Positions 46,121 to 54,291 of a stretch of 58,151 bases of DNA are shown piece after piece (positions within the stretch are counted from its first letter, which is position 1; every line of letters starts with the position of its first letter). The translations under genes were made by a program, and so were the position numbers. The notes under the pieces are model-generated. The model made no database searches, was not told the origin of the DNA, and was given only the letters and a program-made list of their open reading frames with translations. Source of the DNA: Candidatus Micrarchaeota archaeon. Its GTDB lineage: Archaea > Micrarchaeota > Micrarchaeia > Micrarchaeales > CABMGC01. The stretch covers positions 1-58,151 of the forward strand of contig DAIDLJ010000002.1 of the NCBI GenBank assembly GCA_027449585.1. Direction: 5' to 3'.

Positions 46121-46252
46121 TCAGTTTGTAGATACTTCCTTTGTAAGCGAGGATCTCTTCTTTGCGAGAACCCTATATCCGCAATACTGACACCTTATGA
46201 ACTTATCCAGAGACTTGGCCTCCTTTCCGCAATGAAGACATACGTATGACAT
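46121..46252 (-). CDS. rpoP: DNA-directed RNA polymerase subunit P (Rpo12)
   Basis: This 43-aa ORF is not in the track. It reads MSYVCLHCGKEAKSLDKFIRCQYCGYRVLAKKRSSLTKEVSTN. It shows the CxxC-x13-CxxC Zn ribbon followed by 'R(V/I)L.K.R' typical of RpoP. It sits at the expected position at the end of the exosome superoperon. Confidence 0.8.
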   Translation of the reverse strand: MSYVCLHCGKEAKSLDKFIRCQYCGYRVLAKKRSSLTKEVSTN

Positions 46253-46260
46253 AAAATCCA

Positions 46261-46623
46261 CTATTTTTTATTATAATTCTTGAGCCACTTTGACAGTTCC
46301 TGGTGTATATTGGAAAAGCTAGTATCTATAACACGTATGTTGAGCTTTTGCTTGTATTCTTCCTCGTCCAGAGTCAGCATCGGCATGTACTTGTCCATCT
46401 TTGCATAATGGAGCTCGAGCCAGTGCAGCTTTCCCTTAAGGTAGTCCTTTGTGACTTCGTCAGTCATTGGCAGCGAGGAGAAGCTGAAAAGGAATCCGTT
46501 TACCCAGTAGAGAGGCATTGTCCCCTGCGGCGTTACTCTCTCCCTAAGTAGATCGTCCTTTGTGACTTCGACTATCTCGTGTATCACGAGCTCTTCGGCG
46601 GGTGAATAAGTTATCCTTGCCAT
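46261..46623 (-). CDS. Hypothetical protein inserted between L37ae and rpoP
   Basis: 120-aa ORF, 4 nt after the L37ae stop and 8 nt before rpoP. I recognise no family. Confidence 0.5.
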   Translation of the reverse strand: MARITYSPAEELVIHEIVEVTKDDLLRERVTPQGTMPLYWVNGFLFSFSSLPMTDEVTKDYLKGKLHWLELHYAKMDKYMPMLTLDEEEYKQKLNIRVIDTSFSNIHQELSKWLKNYNKK

Positions 46624-46627
46624 CTTT

Positions 46628-46855
46628 TTACCTGTTAAGCAGCCTGCTTACCGTCTCTCCTGCAGTAGTATGGAATGTGTATGCGCCTCCTGCGAATGTA
46701 GAATCGCAATGCCTGCAGTGCCATATGCCATTCATGACGCGCTTGACTGCGACCTTTCCGCATAGGTCGCATTTGTACCTCTTGCGCTTGTCGGCTCCGA
46801 CAGCAAGAAACCTCTTCCTTAGGCTTACTCCGTATCTTACGTTAAAATTTGCCAT
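46628..46855 (-). CDS. rpl37ae: Ribosomal protein L37ae
   Basis: 75 aa from the internal ATG at 46855. It contains 'RYGVSLRKR', 'YKCDLCGK...WHCRHC' (Zn ribbon) and 'GGAYTF'. The longer track ORF would overlap rrp42. Confidence 0.88.
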   Translation of the reverse strand: MANFNVRYGVSLRKRFLAVGADKRKRYKCDLCGKVAVKRVMNGIWHCRHCDSTFAGGAYTFHTTAGETVSRLLNR

Positions 46856-46859
46856 ATTA

Positions 46860-47651
46860 TCACTCTTTTGCACGATCGATGTGCTTCCTGAGCTCTTTGG
46901 ACTTATCAAATGTTATGTCCAATAGGTTTTCTAACTCTTTCGGTGCAAAGGCGCCGGAGAGGCCCTTTTGCATTGCCCTTAGAACCTTCTCGTCGTTTGC
47001 CATTGTTACGCGCGCGTCCATGAAGGCTTCCTCGTTGCCGTCAGGATCAAGAACTATGTTCTCTGCGATCTTTGCAAATGTGCATGATGTGACGATGTTG
47101 TCGACCTTCAGTTTACCAAGGTTTCCTTCCCGTATAACTTCGTCCCCCTCAAGCCTTGGCATCCTTGCCGTTGAAAGCGCTGTGGAAGCCGCAAGAGTTC
47201 CTGCATCGAAGAGGTTGCCGTCATAATTGAGCACGTATACGTCTATGAATAGGTCCCAGACCTTGCCTTCCTCTATGAAGAGTGCTTTGGTATCTATCAT
47301 GCCCGATGACCTTATTCCTCTATCTATCACTCGCCCTAGCTCGATTGCTTCTGGAGATGGCGGACCAGACTCAAAGGACTCTGATGCAAGAGGAAGCAGC
47401 TCTGCAGAAGTTATTAGGTTTCCCTCATTTGGTTTGTCCGGCATTGGTTCGCCGACGCCTAGCTTTACTCCAACTAGCACTCTTGTATTTCCAAAATTTA
47501 CATCAGCCGAACCTTCGGCGTTTGGAATAGATCCCTTCCTGACCGTTATCTTCCTGTAGTCGAGCATGTCCCTTCCATCTTCCCTTGCACCTGATGCAAG
47601 CAGATCTCTTATGTAGTCTCCAGTTACTGTTCGTATTTGCATGAAAATCAC
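46860..47651 (-). CDS. rrp42: Exosome complex RNase PH-like subunit Rrp42
   Basis: 263 aa. 'REDGRDMLDYRKITV' and 'AEGSADVNFGNTRVLVGVK' show the RNase PH fold. It follows rrp41. Confidence 0.88.
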   Translation of the reverse strand: MIFMQIRTVTGDYIRDLLASGAREDGRDMLDYRKITVRKGSIPNAEGSADVNFGNTRVLVGVKLGVGEPMPDKPNEGNLITSAELLPLASESFESGPPSPEAIELGRVIDRGIRSSGMIDTKALFIEEGKVWDLFIDVYVLNYDGNLFDAGTLAASTALSTARMPRLEGDEVIREGNLGKLKVDNIVTSCTFAKIAENIVLDPDGNEEAFMDARVTMANDEKVLRAMQKGLSGAFAPKELENLLDITFDKSKELRKHIDRAKE

Positions 47652-48388
47652 TTTCTATATTTATCCAGGGTCTTCTCATATGGCGCCCTGAGCGCCTCGC
47701 GCTGCACCTTCGAAATGGCCTCTCCGGCCTTCTTTATCATTTCGAGCCCGCGACGTACTTCCTCCTTTGTCATGTTGCCATCCATCTGCAATAGTAGTAT
47801 ATCTCCGGTCCTTGGGCTTATTGCCACGGGCATATCTGCGTCGGAGTAGTTGTCTTCTATCTTATTCATGTCGAGTATAAGCTCGTCTCCAACCTTTCCT
47901 ACGGAGACTGCAAACGGTATGTCGGTCATTGGTATTCCGGAAGCCGCGAATGCGACTGCGGCCGCAGTTATCCCTGCTGCCCTTGTTCCCCCATCCGCCT
48001 GCAGGACATCTATGTAAAGGTCCATCTCAGCTCCGGGGAATTGCTCAAGCAGCATCACGTTCTGGAAGACCTCTTTTGTAACCTTTGATATCTCAGTGGA
48101 TCTCCTGTTGGGCCCGGTTCTTCCGTGATCTTCGAGCGAAGAGAACGGAGACATCTGATACCTGCATTTTATTATCGCCTTTTCCGGATCCTGGACGTGC
48201 TTTGGCAGCGCCTCCTTCGGGCCGTAAACTGCGGCAAGTATCTTGTTGTTGCCCCATTCTATGTAAGCAGATCCTACTGCGTTCTTCACTGCTCCAACCT
48301 CTATCTTAAGAGGCCTGAGCTCGTCAGAGGCCCTTCCGTCGAGCCTTTTCCCATTTATTATTAGTTGTGGTTTTTCTCCTCCGCCCAT
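47648..48388 (-). CDS. rrp41: Exosome complex exonuclease Rrp41
   Basis: 246 aa. It contains 'RLDGRASDELRPLKIEVG', 'GSAYIEWGNNKILAAVYGPKE' and 'DGGTRAAGITAA'. Confidence 0.9.
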   Translation of the reverse strand: MGGGEKPQLIINGKRLDGRASDELRPLKIEVGAVKNAVGSAYIEWGNNKILAAVYGPKEALPKHVQDPEKAIIKCRYQMSPFSSLEDHGRTGPNRRSTEISKVTKEVFQNVMLLEQFPGAEMDLYIDVLQADGGTRAAGITAAAVAFAASGIPMTDIPFAVSVGKVGDELILDMNKIEDNYSDADMPVAISPRTGDILLLQMDGNMTKEEVRRGLEMIKKAGEAISKVQREALRAPYEKTLDKYRK

Positions 48389-48390
48389 TC

Positions 48391-48993
48391 TTACACCTTG
48401 TTTCCTGACAACAGCACCTTTATACGCTCGGTTAGGCCAGTTGTGTGCGCCTCCTCGACTATCTTAAGGATGGCCATCGTTGCGAGGTCTATCTTGCCTC
48501 CACGAAGCCATATTATGCCGTTTAATCCGATGACTATCGTTGTGCCTGTGCCTTCGGTTATCTGCTTTAGCATCGAGTTGCCCTTGCCGATTATCCTTGG
48601 GATTCTTGATGGGCTTACAGCCATTATCTTTCCGCCGTTGAGCCTTGTGGGCTTTAGCAGCATCACCGTGCCTCCCTTCTCGAGCTGCTTTACTGTGGCT
48701 GATACAACATCCCCAGCAGAGAGTTCTGCGTCGACGAACTTAGCAAGCGCCAGGCCCTTGTACGGAGCCTTGAGGTTTATCAGGTACATCGTGCCCTTGT
48801 CTTCCTCAATCACGCCTATTACATTGTCTCCTGATCGCGGCTGCCAGAGGCCTTCGAGAGGTATTAGGGACTTCCTATCCTCGTCAAAATAACCCATTAT
48901 GCACGTATATGTGCCATTCTTGTCCGAAATCGTATTTTCTATTCTAACCGGGGTACTTGTAAGTTTCTCTCCCGGAACTACTATTCTTTGCAT
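48391..48993 (-). CDS. rrp4: Exosome RNA-binding subunit Rrp4 (S1 + KH)
   Basis: 200 aa. It has 'IVVPGEKL', an S1-like segment 'PRSGDNVIGVI' and a KH segment 'IPRIIGKGNSMLKQI...GLNGIIWL'. Confidence 0.85.
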   Translation of the reverse strand: MQRIVVPGEKLTSTPVRIENTISDKNGTYTCIMGYFDEDRKSLIPLEGLWQPRSGDNVIGVIEEDKGTMYLINLKAPYKGLALAKFVDAELSAGDVVSATVKQLEKGGTVMLLKPTRLNGGKIMAVSPSRIPRIIGKGNSMLKQITEGTGTTIVIGLNGIIWLRGGKIDLATMAILKIVEEAHTTGLTERIKVLLSGNKV

Positions 48994-48995
48994 TT

Positions 48996-49679
48996 TTACA
49001 CCATGTTTCTTGACTGCGCGCTGCCTTTTGTGAAGTTGTTGAGCTTCTCGAAGAATTCTCCCTGCAGTCCTGCTGGGAATTCCAGAATTGCCTTAAGTGA
49101 GCCGTCGGACATCCACTCCTCTGATTTAAGTCCGTATTGCTTTAGGAGCCCAAAGCTTCTGTTGGCATACTCGGCAGGAATCACCACCTCCATCTTTGCC
49201 GTGGCGAACTTTATCGGTAATATCATATTAATCTTCTTGACTACAGTGTCAACCTGCTCCTGCGCACCCTTTAGCGGATCTATGGTGACCTTCGCCGTCT
49301 GCATTGCATTCTCTATTCTCTGCAGGGGATGGGGGGCGCCGGTCTTTGGATCTATGGAATTCCTTGCTATTATCTGTTCTATCTGCTTGCGCTTCTCCTC
49401 TGTAAGCTTGCGGTGCTGCTCGGTGGTTATTGGCACGTTTCCGTGCTTGAGTATGTATTCGGCTATCTTTGGGAGATCTGTTGTCTGGAAAGCCTTCTTG
49501 AGCTTTTCCTGGCTGGGCTTCTCTCCCTTGTTGGCGTCAGAAAAGACTTCCTCGACAGTAAGCACGGACATTGCATCGGCGCGCTTTCCAGTAACATAAT
49601 CATATGCTAGATCTGAGTCTACGAATATCTCGAAGTGATCCCCGTTCGCAGAGTACTTTGCTATTACTGTCTTTGACAT
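48996..49679 (-). CDS. sdo1: SBDS (Shwachman-Bodian-Diamond) family ribosome maturation protein
   Basis: 227 aa. 'AKYSANGDHFEIFVD' and 'VEEVFSDANKGEK' form an FYSH domain. It sits in the conserved position between psmA and rrp4. Confidence 0.88.
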   Translation of the reverse strand: MSKTVIAKYSANGDHFEIFVDSDLAYDYVTGKRADAMSVLTVEEVFSDANKGEKPSQEKLKKAFQTTDLPKIAEYILKHGNVPITTEQHRKLTEEKRKQIEQIIARNSIDPKTGAPHPLQRIENAMQTAKVTIDPLKGAQEQVDTVVKKINMILPIKFATAKMEVVIPAEYANRSFGLLKQYGLKSEEWMSDGSLKAILEFPAGLQGEFFEKLNNFTKGSAQSRNMV

Positions 49680-49697
49680 TCTATCAGCCGTAGAAGA

Positions 49698-50402
49698 TTA
49701 GATGTACGTCTTGAGCTTGTCTGGGGTAAGTATTAGGAAGTCCTTTCCGTCCTGTATGTAACCTATATCGACATTCTCTTCTGTTATGGGTGATTCGCTT
49801 ACCTTCTTCAATATCTTCAGGCCGAGACTTATGGCGTCCTGAAGGTTCATGTCGTCCTTATACTCCTTCATTAGCATCTCGGTTGCAACCTTCTTCCCAA
49901 CCCCTATGGCATCGGCCTTGTATCCAAGGAAGGATGCCCCAGGCTCTATTTCGTAGAGTCTTGGCGCATCGTCTATGCCTCCAACAAGGAGTGAGACCGC
50001 ATATGGCCTCATGCCTCCAAACTGGGTTGCCTGCATCATGTATGCAGATATGTTCTTTGCAAGAGATTCTATAGACTTTACATCATCGTAAACTAGTTTG
50101 TGGTTCTGCGTCTGTCCTCTGGCAGCATCTATTATATGCAGTCCGTCAGCCACCATACCGCTGTATGTGGCCCCTATCCTTGCATCTACCCTGAATACCT
50201 TCTGTATAGTCGAAGGTACTGCGAGGGGCTCTGAGATGTTCTTGTGGGCAACAAATATTACTGCGTCTGGTGTTGTAATGCCTATCGATGTGGCGCCCTT
50301 CCTCACGGCCTCCTTGGCGTACTCCACCTGGAATAGCCTTCCGTCAGGATTGAACATCACTCCTCTGTCATAAGCTTGCACGTTTGGGTACATATAATCC
50401 AC
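49698..50402 (-). CDS. psmA: Proteasome alpha subunit
   Basis: 234 aa. 'YDRGVMFNPDGRLFQVEYAKEAVRKG' is the alpha-subunit signature. Confidence 0.95.
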   Translation of the reverse strand: MDYMYPNVQAYDRGVMFNPDGRLFQVEYAKEAVRKGATSIGITTPDAVIFVAHKNISEPLAVPSTIQKVFRVDARIGATYSGMVADGLHIIDAARGQTQNHKLVYDDVKSIESLAKNISAYMMQATQFGGMRPYAVSLLVGGIDDAPRLYEIEPGASFLGYKADAIGVGKKVATEMLMKEYKDDMNLQDAISLGLKILKKVSESPITEENVDIGYIQDGKDFLILTPDKLKTYI

Positions 50403-50487
50403 TTTATAATAAGAGAAAGATTATGATAATATTCTTGGCGGCCTATAATTATATACTTTTGCTTTGAGGCCGGGTTTAGTATAAAAA

Positions 50488-51000
50488 TTACTCATCAAGC
50501 ATGCCGAGGTCGTACATTGCCTGAAGCACGTCCTCCGTCTCGTCTTTTATGTGCTCGGCGAGCATGGCCAGATTCTTGGAGATCGGGGCTGCTGTAGAAG
50601 GCTTGAGAGAAGAATACTTGTATGCTGTGTCTATTACCGAGATTACTCTCTTTTCAAATTCTTCCAGGAATTTTGATAATTCATAGGCATCTGCGCGCAG
50701 GTTGTCGCGCAGCCGTTCTGTGGATTGTTCCCCATCAATCACCCTCCTGAAGCTCTCGAGAAGGGCTTCTTGCTTCTCGAATTTGGTGTCATATTTTAGA
50801 TGAAGGGCAGTCCTGTCCAGGTTATTTGCAACATCTTCATAGCACTTAAGAACTGACCTTAGCATCTCGTGCTCCCCATATTCCCTGGCTCCATGAAGCG
50901 CAATGTAGGTTATCTGAGATGCGTCCTGCATCAGATTTATGCACCTATTTGAAAAGGATGTGGGTTTGACATGACCCTCCTTGGTTTGTTGCTGCACCAT
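50488..51000 (-). CDS. Hypothetical all-alpha protein
   Basis: 170 aa from the internal ATG at 51000. The upstream part of track ORF 50488..51237 is hydrophobic junk that overlaps the divergent mrp-like gene and the shared TATA. I recognise no family. Confidence 0.5.
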   Translation of the reverse strand: MVQQQTKEGHVKPTSFSNRCINLMQDASQITYIALHGAREYGEHEMLRSVLKCYEDVANNLDRTALHLKYDTKFEKQEALLESFRRVIDGEQSTERLRDNLRADAYELSKFLEEFEKRVISVIDTAYKYSSLKPSTAAPISKNLAMLAEHIKDETEDVLQAMYDLGMLDE

Positions 51001-51085
51001 ATGTCCACCTTTGGTTTTATCTGGCTTATATAAATTTCCTGCAAAAAGATATAATGTTGCTGCTTCATTAATGCTCTGTGAGCTT

Positions 51086-51883
51086 ATGTCTGAAGATACG
51101 CGGGGCGGGCCCCAGATTCCTAATGTAATGCATCCATCGATACTTAAAGTAATAGAGCAGAAAAAAGCCATAAAGGAGAAGCTAAAGGGCATAAAGCACA
51201 AGATAGGAGTGTACAGTGCAAAGGGTGGTGTTGGCAAGACGACTGTATCGGTGAATCTTGCCTATACCCTCAGATCGATGGGATTCAAGGTTGGCCTGCT
51301 GGATGCGGACATAGACTGTCCAAATCTCACCATGTTCCTTGGGATAACAGGTACTTTCTCGGACGAGTATCCATTGAAGCCCGTTGAGAAAGATGGAATA
51401 AGGATTCTTTCAACAGCCATGTTTGTTGACGACGAGAAGAAGCCGATTATATGGCGTGGCCCCATGATAGGTAAAATGATTCTTGAGTTCTTTGATAATG
51501 CGGACTGGGGGGAACTGGATTATCTAATAATAGATTTGAGCCCTGGAACAAGCGATGCGCCGCTCTCTATAATACAGTTACTTGACCTTGATGGATTCGT
51601 GCTTGTGACTACGCCCCAGCATATAGCTGCGGTGAATACCATACGCTCTGGGATGATGGCTAAGAGACTGGGAGTCGCAACATTGGGGGTTGTGGAGACA
51701 ATGTCGGATGGTACTGCGCGTGGAGGAAAAGAGGTGGCAGAGGCGATGAAATGCGATCTGCTAGGAACAGTAATCAACAATACAAAATTCGGGGAACTTA
51801 GTGACGCGGGGCGCGTGCCTGTCGAAGAAGACCCAGCAATAAGGGAAGAGTTTATAAGGATAATAAAGAAGATAACTGGTTAA
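51086..51883 (+). CDS. Mrp/NBP35/ApbC-family P-loop ATPase lacking the CxxC Fe-S motif
   Basis: About 265 aa from the ATG at 51086 (alternative ATG at 51071). It contains 'VYSAKGGVGKTTVSVNLA', 'LLDADIDCPN', 'IWRGPM', 'WGELDYLIIDLSPGTSD' and 'VTTPQ'. The segment after 'VETMS' is short and has no CxxC. Confidence 0.8.
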   Translation: MSEDTRGGPQIPNVMHPSILKVIEQKKAIKEKLKGIKHKIGVYSAKGGVGKTTVSVNLAYTLRSMGFKVGLLDADIDCPNLTMFLGITGTFSDEYPLKPVEKDGIRILSTAMFVDDEKKPIIWRGPMIGKMILEFFDNADWGELDYLIIDLSPGTSDAPLSIIQLLDLDGFVLVTTPQHIAAVNTIRSGMMAKRLGVATLGVVETMSDGTARGGKEVAEAMKCDLLGTVINNTKFGELSDAGRVPVEEDPAIREEFIRIIKKITG

Positions 51884-51895
51884 TGCGGTGATTAC

Positions 51896-53098
51896 TTGGC
51901 GGAACTTTTTGATGACATATTCAAGGAATCAAAGATCTTCTCGAAGAGGGAGGTGCTCTCGCCGCATTACATCCCGCACAACCTGCTTTTTAGAGACAAG
52001 CAGATGCAGGATATAGCAAAGTACATGACACCTTCGCTAAAGGGGGAACGTGGAAGGAACGTTTTTGTTTATGGAAAAACGGGGACCGGGAAGACATCGT
52101 GCATAAAGAGCGTTATAGAAAAAGTGAAGGGGCTTCCCATATCAAAGGCCCGGATAACATACATCAACTGCAGAGTATACAACTCCAGGTACAGGATACT
52201 CCATAAGATAGTTAGCGACTATCTGCCACTTTATGCCAAGCGCGGGTACGGGATAGTGGATATCTATGAGCGCATAATAAACTGGATAGAGGAGGATGGG
52301 AAGATACTTGTTGTGGTGCTTGACGAGATAGATAGCATAAAGGACCTTGATGATCTGGTGTACACGCTCACCAGGGCAAACAGCGACATAAAGGCCGGTG
52401 GAATAACAATTGTGGGCGTATCAAACAAAGTGAGTTTCAAGGAAGTGCTGGATCCCAGGAGCCTCTCCACGCTTGATGAGAACGAGATTGCATTCCCGCC
52501 CTACAATTCCAATGAGCTTTCACAGATAGTAAGGGAGAGAGTATCTGAAGGTTTTGTAAAGGGAGTTGTTGATCCTGCCGCGGTGAATCTTGCAGCCGCG
52601 CTTGCGGCAAAGGACAGTGGGGATGCAAGGCTTGCACTTAAGATAATTGCAAAGGCAGGGGAACTTGCAGAAGAGAAAGGGGTGGGCACTGTTGGGCCAA
52701 ACGAGGTTACAGAAGCCGCGAAATTCGCAGAAGAGGAGATAGCTTATGAGGTTATCAACACGCTTCCAGAGCATCAGAGATTAATAGTATATGCTATAGC
52801 ACTTCTTTCCCTACAGGGAAGCAGGTACAAGAGACTGAGCAATGAGGGTGAACAGTACCTATTTAGTGGGGATATTTACCAGAAGTATGTATCCGTCTCG
52901 CAGTCACTGCAGAAGGAAGCCAAGAGTTCGAGATGGTACAGGAAATTCATATCGGATCTTGATATGCAGGGCATAATAGTGTCTTACGAGTCGGGGAAGG
53001 GAATACGAGGGCACACAAAACTGATAAAGCTAGCCTACCCTCCTGAGAAGATAAAGGAGAGCATAGAGAAAACTCTTCAGAGGGATACGGCATTATGA
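51896..53098 (+). CDS. cdc6: Orc1/Cdc6 replication initiator
   Basis: 400 aa with a TTG start. It has Walker A 'GKTGTGKTS', Walker B 'VVLDEID', sensor 'ITIVGVSN', 'GDARLALKI' and a C-terminal winged helix. Confidence 0.93.
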   Translation: MAELFDDIFKESKIFSKREVLSPHYIPHNLLFRDKQMQDIAKYMTPSLKGERGRNVFVYGKTGTGKTSCIKSVIEKVKGLPISKARITYINCRVYNSRYRILHKIVSDYLPLYAKRGYGIVDIYERIINWIEEDGKILVVVLDEIDSIKDLDDLVYTLTRANSDIKAGGITIVGVSNKVSFKEVLDPRSLSTLDENEIAFPPYNSNELSQIVRERVSEGFVKGVVDPAAVNLAAALAAKDSGDARLALKIIAKAGELAEEKGVGTVGPNEVTEAAKFAEEEIAYEVINTLPEHQRLIVYAIALLSLQGSRYKRLSNEGEQYLFSGDIYQKYVSVSQSLQKEAKSSRWYRKFISDLDMQGIIVSYESGKGIRGHTKLIKLAYPPEKIKESIEKTLQRDTAL

Positions 53099-54291
53099 GA
53101 ATAGCAATACTTTCTGATTTTCACCTAGGTTATGAGAGATTCAGGGAAGATGCCTTCTTCCAGGCTGAAGAGGCCCTCAACAAGGCAGCGGAGATGTCTG
53201 ATGCTTTGATAATACCTGGCGACATATTTGATAACAGAGCACCCAAACCAGATGTGATTGCAGAGGCAATAAACCTATTTAGGAATCTCTCAAGACGGGA
53301 GTGGAAGTTTAGGGTGAGCGAGTTTATTGGCGACGGGAAGATATTCACGGACCTGCCCATAATAGCAATACCTGGCACGCATGAGCGAAGGGCTCAGGAA
53401 GCCGCCGATCCGGTAGATATACTTGGGCTTGCTGGTCTTGTCGTAGACGTAAGCAATGCGACTGCAGTAATACAGGGAAATGGCGAGCGCATTGCAATAA
53501 GGGGGATAGGGGGCATAGCTGATGACAGGTTTAGGGAAGTCCTGGAGAAGGAGAATCCGGTGCCAATTGATGGGGCTTTCAACATATTCATGTTCCACGA
53601 ATCTATCTATGAGATGCTTCCATTCAATGAGAAGTTTACGAAGCTTTCTGAACTGCCAAAGGGATTTGATCTTTATGTAAGTGGCCACATACATAACAAG
53701 GTGGAGGAGAAGGCGCATGGAAAGATGCTGCTTATACCTGGAAGCACCGTGCTTACGCAGCTTAAGGCAGGGGAACAGGATGGAAAGGGATTTTTCGTTT
53801 ATGATACTAGGACAGGAGAGCATGAATTTGTGAGGATAAATTCCAGGCGATTCGTGCTTGAAAAAATAGACCTTGGGAATATGGGCGAGAAGAGCGTAGT
53901 TGAGTATATACAAGAGAGACTCGATGCGATAATAAAATCGACGGGTGGCAAACCGATAATAAGAGTGGTCCTTGACAGGAAGGGCATTGGACAGGACGGA
54001 GATGAGATGGAGATCAATGATATACCTAGAAGATACTCTGAGAGTGCCGTAGTGGAGATATCAAGGAGCCTCGTCCCTGATGATGCTTCGGGCGCTGCGT
54101 CGATGCAGGACCATTCGAGCTTCGAAAACATGTCAGTAAAGGATTATGGGGTGGGGGTCTTCCTTGAAAAAATAAAGGCAAGCGGCGCCAATGTTGGAAA
54201 CGTTGGACCAGTTGAACTGCTGGATCTGCTTGGAACAGAAGGACCAAAAGATAAGATAGTAAAGAGCGCTCTTGAAAGGCTTGTCGACTAA
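53095..54291 (+). CDS. mre11: Mre11/SbcD-family metallophosphoesterase nuclease
   Basis: 398 aa. The phosphoesterase motifs are 'LSDFHLG' (I), 'PGDIFD' (II), 'PGTHE' (III, with Thr where Mre11 usually has Asn), 'FMFHE' (IV) and 'SGHIHN' (V). Its start overlaps the cdc6 stop (ATGA). Confidence 0.75.
   Translation: MRIAILSDFHLGYERFREDAFFQAEEALNKAAEMSDALIIPGDIFDNRAPKPDVIAEAINLFRNLSRREWKFRVSEFIGDGKIFTDLPIIAIPGTHERRAQEAADPVDILGLAGLVVDVSNATAVIQGNGERIAIRGIGGIADDRFREVLEKENPVPIDGAFNIFMFHESIYEMLPFNEKFTKLSELPKGFDLYVSGHIHNKVEEKAHGKMLLIPGSTVLTQLKAGEQDGKGFFVYDTRTGEHEFVRINSRRFVLEKIDLGNMGEKSVVEYIQERLDAIIKSTGGKPIIRVVLDRKGIGQDGDEMEINDIPRRYSESAVVEISRSLVPDDASGAASMQDHSSFENMSVKDYGVGVFLEKIKASGANVGNVGPVELLDLLGTEGPKDKIVKSALERLVD

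Noticed and set aside
50403-51085. Replication origin adjacent to cdc6 in the AT-rich spacers at 50403-50487 and 51001-51085.
   Set aside because: Both spacers are only 85 bp and are explained by promoters. I could find no repeated ORB-like dyads and no extended AT-rich unwinding element. cdc6 itself is only 12 nt from the upstream gene.
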